Below are positions 1 to 8,474 of a DNA stretch of 64,000 nucleotides, piece after piece. The notes beneath the pieces were generated by a model, which did not search any database, had not been told where the DNA came from, and worked only from the letters and a program-made list of their open reading frames with translations. The stretch spans positions 32,001 to 96,000 of the forward strand of contig CAVYNY010000011.1 of NCBI GenBank assembly GCA_963769935.1, read 5' to 3'. The position numbers were made by a program, and so were the translations under genes. The DNA is from an uncultured delta proteobacterium (GTDB taxonomy: Bacteria > Desulfobacterota > Desulfobacteria > Desulfobacterales > JAFDCJ01). Within the stretch, counting starts at the first letter, position 1. Each line of letters starts with the position of its first letter.

Positions 1-609
1 GCATGGATTGTTTTGTTCGGTATTCTGTCCACCGCCGGGATCTTGTCGGCAGGGCAAAATGGAAATAGCTCATTTTCCGGCCAGCAGACTCTCACCGCTG
101 CCGAAGCGGGAAATCTTGTTTTTATGAGGGAAGAGGAGAAATTGGCCCGGGATGTCTATCTTTACCTTTTCGATGCATGGGGGCAGTGGGTTTTTGAAAA
201 CATTGCCGCCAGTGAGCAGCAGCACATGGATGCCGTCAAGAACCTGCTGGATAAATACAATCTTGCCGACCCGGCCGCCGGGAATGGGGAGGGCGTGTTC
301 ACCAACCCGCAGCTTCAGAAACTTTACGACAGCCTTACCCGGCAGGGAAGCGCGACAGAACGGGATGCGCTTTATGTCGGCGCAACCATTGAAGATATGG
401 ACATTTATGATTTGCAGGGGATTCTGTCCGAGACTGACAAGCCGGATTTTGTCAAGGTCTGCGATAATCTGATGAAAGGCTCCCGCAATCATCTGCGGGC
501 ATTTGTCGGCCAAATCGAGCTGCTGGGTGGAACCTATGAAGCCCAATACCTTCCCCAGGAAGCAGTCGACGCCATTCTTGAAGCTCCCAGGGAAACAGGT
601 TCGTACTAA
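1..609 (+). CDS. DUF2202 family ferritin-like protein (5' end probably outside window)
   Basis: MREEEKLARDVY, NIAASEQQH, EDMDIYDL, GSRNHLRAF motifs typical of DUF2202; frame is open from base 1. Confidence 0.85.
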   Translation, partial: AWIVLFGILSTAGILSAGQNGNSSFSGQQTLTAAEAGNLVFMREEEKLARDVYLYLFDAWGQWVFENIAASEQQHMDAVKNLLDKYNLADPAAGNGEGVFTNPQLQKLYDSLTRQGSATERDALYVGATIEDMDIYDLQGILSETDKPDFVKVCDNLMKGSRNHLRAFVGQIELLGGTYEAQYLPQEAVDAILEAPRETGSY

Positions 610-635
610 CCCAAAAATTATTTTCATAAATCAGC

Positions 636-742
636 GGCAGGCGGACCGCATCGAGGATACGGGTCAGAACATTATCCGGAACATTCTCGTTTTTGAACGC
701 CCGGACGCTTTTACGCATCTTAATAGCCTCGTAAATATTCAT
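636..742 (-). pseudogene. N-terminal fragment of a nitroreductase
   Basis: MNIYEAIKMRKSVRAFKNENVPDNVLTRILDAVRL matches the nitroreductase N-terminus (RRSxRxF), then breaks where APS is expected and runs antisense into DUF2202. Confidence 0.7.
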
Positions 743-817
743 GCAAGTAGGCCTGTTAGTGGTTAGCGTTCGACTCCGGCGTATGCGCGGAATTCAGTTT
801 ACAAAAAAAATCTATAA

Positions 818-841
818 CCCTGAAGGGGCTATTTTTCAGGG
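818..841 (-). terminator. Possible intrinsic terminator of the met-MOSC operon
   Basis: CCCTGAA...TTCAGGG hairpin just after the MOSC stop, followed on the minus strand by a T-rich tract. Confidence 0.35.
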
Positions 842-845
842 CGGA

Positions 846-1280
846 TTAATTATCAAGAATCTGAATTTCATCCCCCCGGCGAATGGTGCCTTCCTCCAGC
901 ACCCGGGCAAAAACCCCCTCCCGCGGCATGATACAGTCTCCGGCCTTGTAGTAAATAGCGCATTTGTTGTGGCATTCCTTGCCGATCTGGGTAATTTCGA
1001 CCAGGACGCTGTCACCCAGGCGAACCCGGGTGCCCAGCGGCAGCGTTTTCCAATCGACTCCGGTGGTGGCGATGTTTTCGGCAAAATCACCAAAGGTCAC
1101 ATCAAGTCCCCGGGCTCTAGCCTGGTCAATGCTCTCGGAGGCCAGGAAACTAACCTGCCGATGCCATTTCCCGGCGTGGGCATCCCCTTCCAGACCGTGG
1201 TCTTTGGATACAAAGGCATCGTCCACCGGGGTCTTGCGGGTTCCTTTTTTTTTGCTGATGGCGATGGAAACTATCTTCAT
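846..1280 (-). CDS. MOSC domain protein
   Basis: GLEGDAHAG, RQVSFL, GDFAENI, TQIGKECH, CIMPREGVFARV motifs. Confidence 0.92.
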   Translation of the reverse strand: MKIVSIAISKKKGTRKTPVDDAFVSKDHGLEGDAHAGKWHRQVSFLASESIDQARARGLDVTFGDFAENIATTGVDWKTLPLGTRVRLGDSVLVEITQIGKECHNKCAIYYKAGDCIMPREGVFARVLEEGTIRRGDEIQILDN

Positions 1281-1325
1281 TATCTGGATTCCTTAACTTT
1301 TGCACTGCGCTAATTAAGCACAGTA

Positions 1326-1928
1326 TTAGGTGCCGTTGCCAATTAAAAAAATTCCGTAGGTCGCCCTTAAATTAGGCAGCACTTTTATCACTTTGCCATA
1401 CCGGTCCTCGGTATGGGTGTCTATGGCAACTTCCTTTAAAATTCTGAAGCCTACCTCGTGAATAAATTTGCGAAAGTCCTTGATGGTAATGACCCGAATG
1501 TTCGGGGTGTTGAACCATTCATAGGGCAGTTGTTTCGTAACGGGGGCGTAGCCCGACAGCAGCAGCTGCAGCCGGGAGCCCCAATGACTGAAGTTGGGAA
1601 AACTGACGATGCCTCTTTTGCCGATCCTGAGCATGGACCGAATCAGCGCATCCGGTTCATAGACCTGCTGCAGTGTTTGACTTAAAATAACGTAGTCAAA
1701 GGTATCGTCGGGATAGTCCAGGACTTCTTCGTTGATGTCGCCCTGTAAAACCGACAACCCTTTGGCAATGCAATCAGCGGCCTTGGCCTCATTGCGCTCG
1801 ATTCCGGTGCCGACAACCTTTTTTTGGGTAATCAAATATTTCAACAGATTACCGCCGCCGCAGCCCAGATCGATAACCCGGGAGCCCGGTTCGATCCAGG
1901 CGGCGATAATCTGCAGGTCATAACGCAT
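1326..1928 (-). CDS. metW: Methionine biosynthesis protein MetW
   Basis: MRYDLQII..DLGCGGG SAM-binding motif, SQTLQ, LPYEWFNTPNIR; ATG 4 nt after the metX stop (alternative GTG start at 1958). Confidence 0.93.
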   Translation of the reverse strand: MRYDLQIIAAWIEPGSRVIDLGCGGGNLLKYLITQKKVVGTGIERNEAKAADCIAKGLSVLQGDINEEVLDYPDDTFDYVILSQTLQQVYEPDALIRSMLRIGKRGIVSFPNFSHWGSRLQLLLSGYAPVTKQLPYEWFNTPNIRVITIKDFRKFIHEVGFRILKEVAIDTHTEDRYGKVIKVLPNLRATYGIFLIGNGT

Positions 1929-1932
1929 CGTG

Positions 1933-3106
1933 TTATTGAGCGGTTTGGTTGTAGACACGATCTAAAAACCCCCTGATCAATATGCTGAGCCGCTCGCTGG
2001 ATAATAAAAAGGCGTCGTGGCCCCATTCAGCCTCGATTTCGCAGAAACTGACATCCAGCCCGTTTTTCTTCATGGCCTTGACGATGGCCCGGGATTGATA
2101 CGTGGGGTACAGCCAGTCCGAGGTAAAGGAGACCACCAAAAATTTTGCCCGGGCCTTTGAAAATGCCTGTACCGTCGAACCGTTGCCATACTGCTTGCGA
2201 ATGTCATAGTAATCGGCCGCTTTGGTGATGTATAAAAACGAGTTGGCATCAAAGCGTTCCACGAATTTTTTGCCCTGATAGCGCAGGTAGCTTTCCACCT
2301 GGAAATCGGCATCAAAGTTAAACGAAAAGTCGCTTTTGTCCTGCAGCCGGCGGCCGAACTTATGCCGCATGGATTCATCCGACAGGTATGTGATATGGCC
2401 GATCATGCGGGCGACGGCCAGTCCGAGGTTGGGTTTGGCTCCGAAATAATAATTGCCGTGGTTCCATTTGGGATCGGCCATGATTGCCTGCCGGGCCACC
2501 TCATTGAAAGCAATGGCCAGAGCGGAGTGGCGGGTGGTGGTGGCCAACGGAATCGCCCCGGCTAACACTCTCCGGATAGCGGACGCACCACTCCAGCACC
2601 TGCATGCCGCCAATCGACCCACCGACGACGGCCAGCAGCTTTTTTATCCCCAGATGATCGATTAAGGCCTTTTGGGCGCCGACCATGTCACCGATCGTAA
2701 CCACCGGAAAATCAAGCCCGTAGGGCAAAACCGTTTTGGGATTGATGGTACATGGTCCGGTGGAGCCCAGGCAGCTGCCGAGGATGTTGGAGCAGATTAC
2801 GAAATATTTGTTGGTGTCAATTCCTTTGCCGGGACCCACCATGTTGTCCCACCAGCCGGGCTTCTCATCCTCGGACTTGTAGTAGCCGGCCACATGAGAA
2901 TCCCCGGATAAGGCATGCAGAACCAGGATGACATTGCTTTTGTCTTCATTTAAGGCCCCGCAAGTCTCATAAGCCAGGGTAATCGGTCCCAGCCTGGCAC
3001 CGCTTTCCAGAACCAATTCATCCGGCGGTTCGGCGAATGTGAAGAACTGCTTTTCGACGATTCCTACCGAATTATCGTCTTTGTCATGTTCAATGTATTC
3101 GCTCAT
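1933..3106 (-). CDS. metX: Homoserine O-acetyltransferase, split by a +1 frameshift near 2564
   Basis: HALSGD and GGSIGG nucleophile elbow in ORF 2501-3106; SDWLYP and GHDAFL in ORF 1933-2622; frames join at [14 protein letters not shown]. Confidence 0.9.
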
Positions 3107-3180
3107 GTTAGACTATCATTCAATGCCGGAATCCTATTTCAACGTGGTTGCTTTCAAATCTATCAAACATTACTGAAGTA

Positions 3181-3260
3181 TATTGGGTTATTGGAGTGCT
3201 GGAGTGTTGGAAGTATTATGATATGTTCATTACTCCAGTACTCCAACACTCCATTACTCC
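3181..3260. repeat. Inverted 8-mer tandem-repeat hairpin (TGGAGTRY / TACTCCA)
   Basis: ttggagtgctggagtgttgg ... tactccagtactccaacactccattactcc between metY and metX. Confidence 0.8.
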
Positions 3261-3318
3261 TTTTCCTGAAGGCCGATACCCCTTATTTTTTATATCTATT
3301 TTTCTTTTCCACCGGCAT

Positions 3319-4605
3319 TCAAACTTTGCCAAACGCCTGCTCCAAATCCCCTATTATATCATCGATGTGTTCAAGGCCGATGGACAGGCGAATCAAGTCC
3401 GGTGTCAGGCCGCTGGCTTTTTGCTGCGCTTCGTTCATCTGCGAATGGGAAGTGCTTGAAGGATGCAGCACCAGGCTCTTGGCATCGCCCACATTGGCCA
3501 GATGCGAAAAGAGTTTTAGATTTTCTACAAATTTACTGCCGGCCGCAAAGCCGCCTTTAATTCCGAATACGACCATGCCCCCGAATCCCTTGCTCAGATA
3601 TTTGCGGGCCACCGGGTAGGTGGGATCGTCCTCCAGGCCAGGGTAGCGCACCCATTGGACGCTCGGATGTAATTTTAAATAGCGCGCCGTTTTCAAGGCG
3701 TTTTCACAATGGCGCTCCATGCGCAGGGGCAGTGTTTCCAGGCCCTGCAGAAACATCCAGGCATTGTCGGGAGAAATGCAGGCGCCGAGATTGCGCAGAG
3801 GCACCAGTCTCATTCTCAAGGCAAAGGCCACCGGATTCAAATCCCCCAGGTCATGGGCATAGCGGATATCATGATAGCTGCGATCCGGCTCGTTGTACAA
3901 GGTAAATTTTGGATCCGTCCAGTCGAATTTGCCGGAGTCGATGACGACCCCGCCGATGCCGGTTCCGTGGCCCCCCATCCATTTGGTCAGGGAATTGACA
4001 ACGATATCCGCGCCGTGCTCAATGCAACGCAGCAGGTGCGGCGAGGTAAAGGTGCCGTCGACAATCAGAGGCAAATGGTGCCGGTGGGCAATCTCGGCCA
4101 CGGCCCCGATATCGGTGAACTCGAGCACCGGATTGCCGATGGTCTCAATGAATACGGCCTTTGTTTTTTCCGTGACGGCCTGCTCGAAATTTTGCGGATT
4201 GCGCGGATCTACAAAATTAACGTGAATATCAAACTGCGGCAGGATGCAGTCAAACATGGTATATGTTCCGCCGTAAAGGTTGTTGGCGGATACGATCTCA
4301 TCGCCGGCTGAGCAAAGATTGATAATTGAATAATAAACCGCCGATGTTCCGGAAGAAAGTGCCAGCGCTGCGGCCCCGCCTTCAAGGGCGGCAATGCGCT
4401 GCTCCAGGACATCCTGGGTGGGGTTCATGATGCGGGTATAAATATTTCCAAGCTCTTTTAGGGCGAAAAGATTGGCGGCATGCTCGGTGCTGTTGAACAC
4501 ATAAGATGACGTCCGATGGATCGGAACCCCCCTGGCATTGGTCGCGGGGTCGGGCTGCTGGCCGGCATGCAGGCATAATGTTTCAAATTTGTAGGCTTCA
4601 CTCAT
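3319..4605 (-). CDS. metY: O-acetylhomoserine aminocarboxypropyltransferase (sulfhydrylase)
   Basis: IYTRIMNPT, SLTKWMGGHG PLP-lysine, LANVGDAKSL, IRLSIGLE. Confidence 0.95.
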   Translation of the reverse strand: MSEAYKFETLCLHAGQQPDPATNARGVPIHRTSSYVFNSTEHAANLFALKELGNIYTRIMNPTQDVLEQRIAALEGGAAALALSSGTSAVYYSIINLCSAGDEIVSANNLYGGTYTMFDCILPQFDIHVNFVDPRNPQNFEQAVTEKTKAVFIETIGNPVLEFTDIGAVAEIAHRHHLPLIVDGTFTSPHLLRCIEHGADIVVNSLTKWMGGHGTGIGGVVIDSGKFDWTDPKFTLYNEPDRSYHDIRYAHDLGDLNPVAFALRMRLVPLRNLGACISPDNAWMFLQGLETLPLRMERHCENALKTARYLKLHPSVQWVRYPGLEDDPTYPVARKYLSKGFGGMVVFGIKGGFAAGSKFVENLKLFSHLANVGDAKSLVLHPSSTSHSQMNEAQQKASGLTPDLIRLSIGLEHIDDIIGDLEQAFGKV

Positions 4606-4674
4606 GATCGATCTCCTTTTACAAGCATGTGTTGATTATTAAAATTCTTTGTAATGCAGGCCGGGGCCGTCTCT

Positions 4675-4690
4675 GATTCCAATTGGAATC
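4675..4690. promoter_or_regulatory. Perfect 16-bp palindrome upstream of metY, candidate operator
   Basis: GATTCCAATTGGAATC is its own reverse complement; about 70 bp upstream of the metY ATG. Confidence 0.4.
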
Positions 4691-4823
4691 CAAGGCTTAA
4701 AACGGAACTATGAACAATATTAAAGATTACCTTTTTTGGTTCCTAAAGCTGCAATAAAATAAGCCGTCGATCAGGATTTATCTGGATGGAAAAAAAGTGA
4801 AGGGCAAAGGCGTGATGAAGCAC

Positions 4824-4997
4824 CTAAAAGGAATAGGCGGCGCGACGGTTAGAAATGACGATATGGTTTGCCGGTTCAGGCAACCCAGCTACCTTTTCAA
4901 GCTTTCTTTCCGTTGCTGCCGGTTCACGCTCTTCCCAGCCCCAGCAGCCCATATCACCCGGCCCCTGCATGTCCATTTCCATATCATCACCTTCCAT
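4824..4997 (-). CDS. Putative Met-rich leader peptide (57 aa) of the met operon
   Basis: MEGDDMEMDMQGPGDMGCWGWEEREPAATERKLEKVAGLPEPANHIVISNRRAAYSF*: 5 Met in the first 16 codons; same strand as and upstream of metY; below the ORF-track cutoff. Confidence 0.5.
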   Translation of the reverse strand: MEGDDMEMDMQGPGDMGCWGWEEREPAATERKLEKVAGLPEPANHIVISNRRAAYSF

Positions 4998-5017
4998 CTT
5001 TTGAAAAGTCCCGATCT

Positions 5018-5045
5018 AATATAAGCGTTTATGGTTGGCCGTCAA
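5018..5045 (-). promoter_or_regulatory. sigma70-type promoter for leader and met operon
   Basis: TTGACG-16 nt-TATATT on the minus strand, about 20 nt upstream of the leader ATG. Confidence 0.55.
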
Positions 5046-5079
5046 CTCGACTTCGCCGACTTGGGGGGGAATTTCCAAT

Positions 5080-5162
5080 CACGAAAACACGAAATCTGGA
5101 AAGCACGCAATTTGTCTTTTATCTTTTTCGTGTTTTCGTACTTTCGCGTTTTCCTGACTAAT
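5080..5162. repeat. Family A palindromic element (CACGAAAA units), copy 1
   Basis: cacgaaaacacgaaat..aaagcacg...ttttcgtgttttcgtactttcgcgttttc; near-identical copies at 31096 and 46184. Confidence 0.85.
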
Positions 5163-5187
5163 TTTTCCTTTTGGGTTTCCCGATAAA

Positions 5188-6084
5188 TCAGGATTTCCCT
5201 ATCACTCCAACCAGCTTGGCCGTGTTAGGGGAATTTTTCAAAACCGCGTTGAGCGATCCGCTTTTAAACCCGTCCATATCGAGGGCCACATATACAAAAC
5301 CCAATTCGTGAAATTTAGCAGCGATATCCTTGCTCTTCTCCATTAGAGCGGCAAAGTCCCTGCGCGGAACCTCGATTCGGGCCGTTTCGCCATGATGCCG
5401 GACGCGGAGAACCCGCAGACCCAGTTCGTACAGAAAATCTTCGGCTTTTTCCACCTGGCTCAGCTTTTCTTCCGTCACGGACTCGCCATAGGCAATTCGG
5501 CTGGCCAGGCAGGGCATGGCGGGCTTGTCGGCAATTGCCAGATCATAGAAGGTGCACACTTCTCGTATGGTTTGCTTGGTGAAACCCAAATCAACGTAGG
5601 GTGCCTGAATGGATGCTTCCCGGGCGGCCTGAATGCCGGGTCGATAGTCTCCCAGGTCATCCAGGTTGACACCATAAAATATCGGCCATGGCGCAACGTT
5701 TGAAGCGCCCTGCAGTTGTCGGCGCAGGCCCTCGATTTTTTCGAAAAGTGCCTTTTTGCAGAAATAACAGCGGTCGGCCCGGTTGGCCTGATATTTGGGA
5801 TTCTGCATTTCGCCGGTTCGAATAATTTGAAGCGGAATGCCGTGGGTTTGGGCAAAATTAATCGCATTACGGTATTCCCGGCGGGCCAGCGAAGGGCTGT
5901 CGGCCAGGACAGCCACCATGTTGTCTTTTAAGGCGCGGTGGGCCGCGAAGGCAAGCAGCGCACTGTCCACACCGCCGCTGTAGGCAACGATGGCCCGCGG
6001 CCGGCTGTTAAAGTATTCGTCCAGCTTGTCGGCGTTCAGCCTTTGATTTATCTTATGTTCGGTCTGGTCGAGCCCGGGTTTCAT
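5188..6084 (-). CDS. larE: LarE-family ATP-dependent sulfur transferase (PP-loop)
   Basis: AYSGGVDS PP-loop, RCYFCK, DYRPG, PCLASRI, RVRHHG; start uncertain (6084-6171). Confidence 0.88.
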   Translation of the reverse strand: MKPGLDQTEHKINQRLNADKLDEYFNSRPRAIVAYSGGVDSALLAFAAHRALKDNMVAVLADSPSLARREYRNAINFAQTHGIPLQIIRTGEMQNPKYQANRADRCYFCKKALFEKIEGLRRQLQGASNVAPWPIFYGVNLDDLGDYRPGIQAAREASIQAPYVDLGFTKQTIREVCTFYDLAIADKPAMPCLASRIAYGESVTEEKLSQVEKAEDFLYELGLRVLRVRHHGETARIEVPRRDFAALMEKSKDIAAKFHELGFVYVALDMDGFKSGSLNAVLKNSPNTAKLVGVIGKS

Positions 6085-6225
6085 TTTTGTGATCCTTGAA
6101 ATGCCCCGCATTTTGCCCGGTTTTCCGGGAGAGCTAAAACGGTTTAATTCACGATACGCGCATTCATTCACCCTTCCTTGTCGTGCTGAGTGTCTTGAGC
6201 CGGACAGGGCAGCAGGGAGGAACGA

Positions 6226-6600
6226 TTAAAAAATGCTTGTAAATACTTCACAGGAGCGGCAAATTTTCATCTTGTCGTTCCAGTTTTCGTTAACGCTGCC
6301 GTCGCAAATCGTACCGTTGATAAACCAGCAGAGATTGCCGCTTTTAAATTCCCAGGCCGGACACTGCTTTTTTTTCTCCGGTGCACAGTTTTTCAATTTC
6401 CAGCAGGGTTTGCTGTTTCTGGCACTGCTGTTCTTCCGTGAAACCAGAAAGAGCATCTGGCGCTCAACCGCCGGTGGAATGGTGCGCCAGCCCTGCTCAT
6501 AGCTATGAATAGCCTTCAGAGAGGTTCCCAGCAACTGGGCCATTTGCTTCTGGGTTTTGTCCATCTGGCTTCGATGCGATTTGAATTCATTTTTGTCCAT
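6226..6600 (-). CDS. XRE-type HTH regulator with Cys-rich two-CW C-terminal domain
   Basis: TQKQMAQLLGTSLKAIHSYEQGWR HTH; CWKLKNC..CPAW..CWFINGTIC..CRSC. Confidence 0.85.
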   Translation of the reverse strand: MDKNEFKSHRSQMDKTQKQMAQLLGTSLKAIHSYEQGWRTIPPAVERQMLFLVSRKNSSARNSKPCWKLKNCAPEKKKQCPAWEFKSGNLCWFINGTICDGSVNENWNDKMKICRSCEVFTSIF

Positions 6601-6928
6601 TGAGTTGATCCCCTTCGAAAGTCGGATTTTAACTTGCAATTATCTCTAAAACATTATAGTTAGCCACATTGTGGTAGAAATGTCAATAAAAAATTGATGC
6701 GGGTTCTGGGTTCAAGATTCCCGGTTCTTTGAGGAGCGCATGGTTTCAGGCCATTCATTTCAGGCTGCCCGGTTGAACGCTTCATCTATCGGACTTTTCT
6801 AAAGCTGCAACTTCTGCAAAGTACATCGATCAGTGATAGTGAATCATCATGAACTCCTCGCGGCTGAGTTTGCCGGAGGCTGAACCTCTGAACCTCTGAA
6901 CGTTGAACCTTTGAACGGTTAGTCCGGC

Positions 6929-7492
6929 TTATTCCTCTTCAAGCAGCCAGATGCGGTGGATATCATTGACAGTGTATCGAATCGTTTTTAAGGCCTGGAG
7001 CAGCCGGGTATAGGTCATGGCCAAGCCGATATTTTCCGCCAGCACCATCAAAGAGTCTACATCGTGATTTGAAATATTCCAAACCTGGCTGTGATATAGT
7101 CTCAAGGCCCCGATAACTTTGCCGTAAAAATTGATGGGAACCGAAACAATGGCGCCGATGCCTTCTCCTTTGGCATTCTGCGGGTATTGCAAACGGTCCG
7201 TACTATTGACATCCGGGATGACGACCGGCTTTCCGTGGAACGTGTCGGTGATGCTTTTGTCTGATAAAAGCGGCCCCTTCTGCAAGTAGGTCCTACTCAA
7301 TCCAAAACTTGCCAGAACTTCGAGTTCATCCAATTCCGGATTCAGGGCAAAGATCGTACACCCTTTAATTTCAAGAGCTGCCACCAAAAGCTGCGTCAGA
7401 TGGTTGGCCATGATCTCAAGATTGTCGGACTGCGCCATGGCTCTGAAAACCACTTTAAAAAGTTCAATGTCTATTTTTTCTTCGGTACTCAT
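6929..7492 (-). CDS. Stand-alone GAF domain protein
   Basis: ASFGLS..YL.KGP, EGIGAIVSVPI..KVIGALRLY GAF pattern; good SD (GGAGG). Confidence 0.85.
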   Translation of the reverse strand: MSTEEKIDIELFKVVFRAMAQSDNLEIMANHLTQLLVAALEIKGCTIFALNPELDELEVLASFGLSRTYLQKGPLLSDKSITDTFHGKPVVIPDVNSTDRLQYPQNAKGEGIGAIVSVPINFYGKVIGALRLYHSQVWNISNHDVDSLMVLAENIGLAMTYTRLLQALKTIRYTVNDIHRIWLLEEE

Positions 7493-7511
7493 GGGTGACC
7501 TCCTCTTTCTG

Positions 7512-7976
7512 TTAAGAAACGATGCACACCGTCGTGTCTTTGAGCGTCATTGCGACCTTGTTGGAAACACTTCCCGTAAAGAAACGGGTTACCCGGGCTG
7601 CTTTGCGATTCAGCACAATTACATCGAATTGGGTATCCCGGGTGAGATTGATGATTTCACTGGCGATATCCTTCTTGCGGGGTTTGAAAACTGTGGTAAT
7701 CCGGGTCGCGGAGAAACCATCCTGACAAAGCCTCGCAACGACAGCCTTGAGTTCATTTTCCTGCTGCAAAATCTGCTGAGACAGATAGTTCAGGCTGCCT
7801 TTAAGTTTTCCTGTTACCAGGCTTGCTTCCGTTTCAATGTCGGGCACGGGTGTATAGGCATGAAAAATGGTGATTTCAATCCCATCGAGGTGGCCAAAGG
7901 CACTGGTGACAAAATCCAGCGCCTTCTGATCCAAGCTGGCAAAATTGTAGGCAACTAATATTTTTTGAATGACCAT
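7512..7976 (-). CDS. Universal stress protein
   Basis: KILVAY N-terminus, FDVIVL, FFTGSVSNKV C-terminal USP motif. Confidence 0.85.
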   Translation of the reverse strand: MVIQKILVAYNFASLDQKALDFVTSAFGHLDGIEITIFHAYTPVPDIETEASLVTGKLKGSLNYLSQQILQQENELKAVVARLCQDGFSATRITTVFKPRKKDIASEIINLTRDTQFDVIVLNRKAARVTRFFTGSVSNKVAMTLKDTTVCIVS

Positions 7977-8386
7977 TTTATCCCCCCCTTCATTTTAATT
8001 AAATCAGGTTGATGAAGTAAACACCCGATAGAACAGGGCATACAGGCTGGCAAAGTGAAACGTGCTATAGATTTATCGCTTGCTGACGGCCGAAACCGAG
8101 CAGCTTACGGTAATTAATTTAAAGACAGGTCGGAAACTGATTCTTGGGGAAGACGATGCATTCTAAAGTGCCGGCCGGATGACAGCGAACCGGAGGCACT
8201 CTAGCCGCAAAAATAAGATGCCACAGGGTAATAATCCATGTCAATAATAAATTTCTTTACTTGTCAGGCTTCATGGACGTTTTACGGCACTTTACTGACA
8301 ATTATTTGTATTCATTTAAGGGGACGGTTGCAGAGAAAACGATATAACTAAATAAAATAACGACTTTAAAATCACAATAACCTGTT

Positions 8387-8402
8387 CTGGCGTGGATTTT
8401 GC
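8387..8402 (+). promoter_or_regulatory. sigma54 (-24/-12) promoter of the LysM/transglycosylase gene
   Basis: CTGGCGTGGATTTTGC: GG-N10-GC with TGGC and TTGC, about 70 bp upstream of the start; AT-rich upstream region. Confidence 0.65.
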
Positions 8403-8474
8403 TTTCTTTTTACCTGTCTGACACTGAATTGATCTGCCTGGTGCTGGAAAATCCGATTTATTAAAGGTGACGTA

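Noticed and set aside
748..795. tRNA-like pieces TAGTGGTTAG and GTTCGACTCC
   Set aside because: The D-like and T-like motifs are adjacent, with no anticodon arm or acceptor stem
1926..1958. MetX-MetW fusion broken by a frameshift
   Set aside because: metW has its own ATG 4 nt after the metX stop, so no fusion is needed
4780..5000. SAM-I riboswitch (CAGCAAC, GGTGCT, AGATAA fragments present)
   Set aside because: The 5' AUCAAGAG and kink-turn/pseudoknot motifs are missing and the spacing is wrong; needs cmsearch to exclude fully
4797..5024. His-rich plus-strand ORF
   Set aside because: The CAT codons are the reverse complement of the minus-strand ATG codons; antisense to the operon
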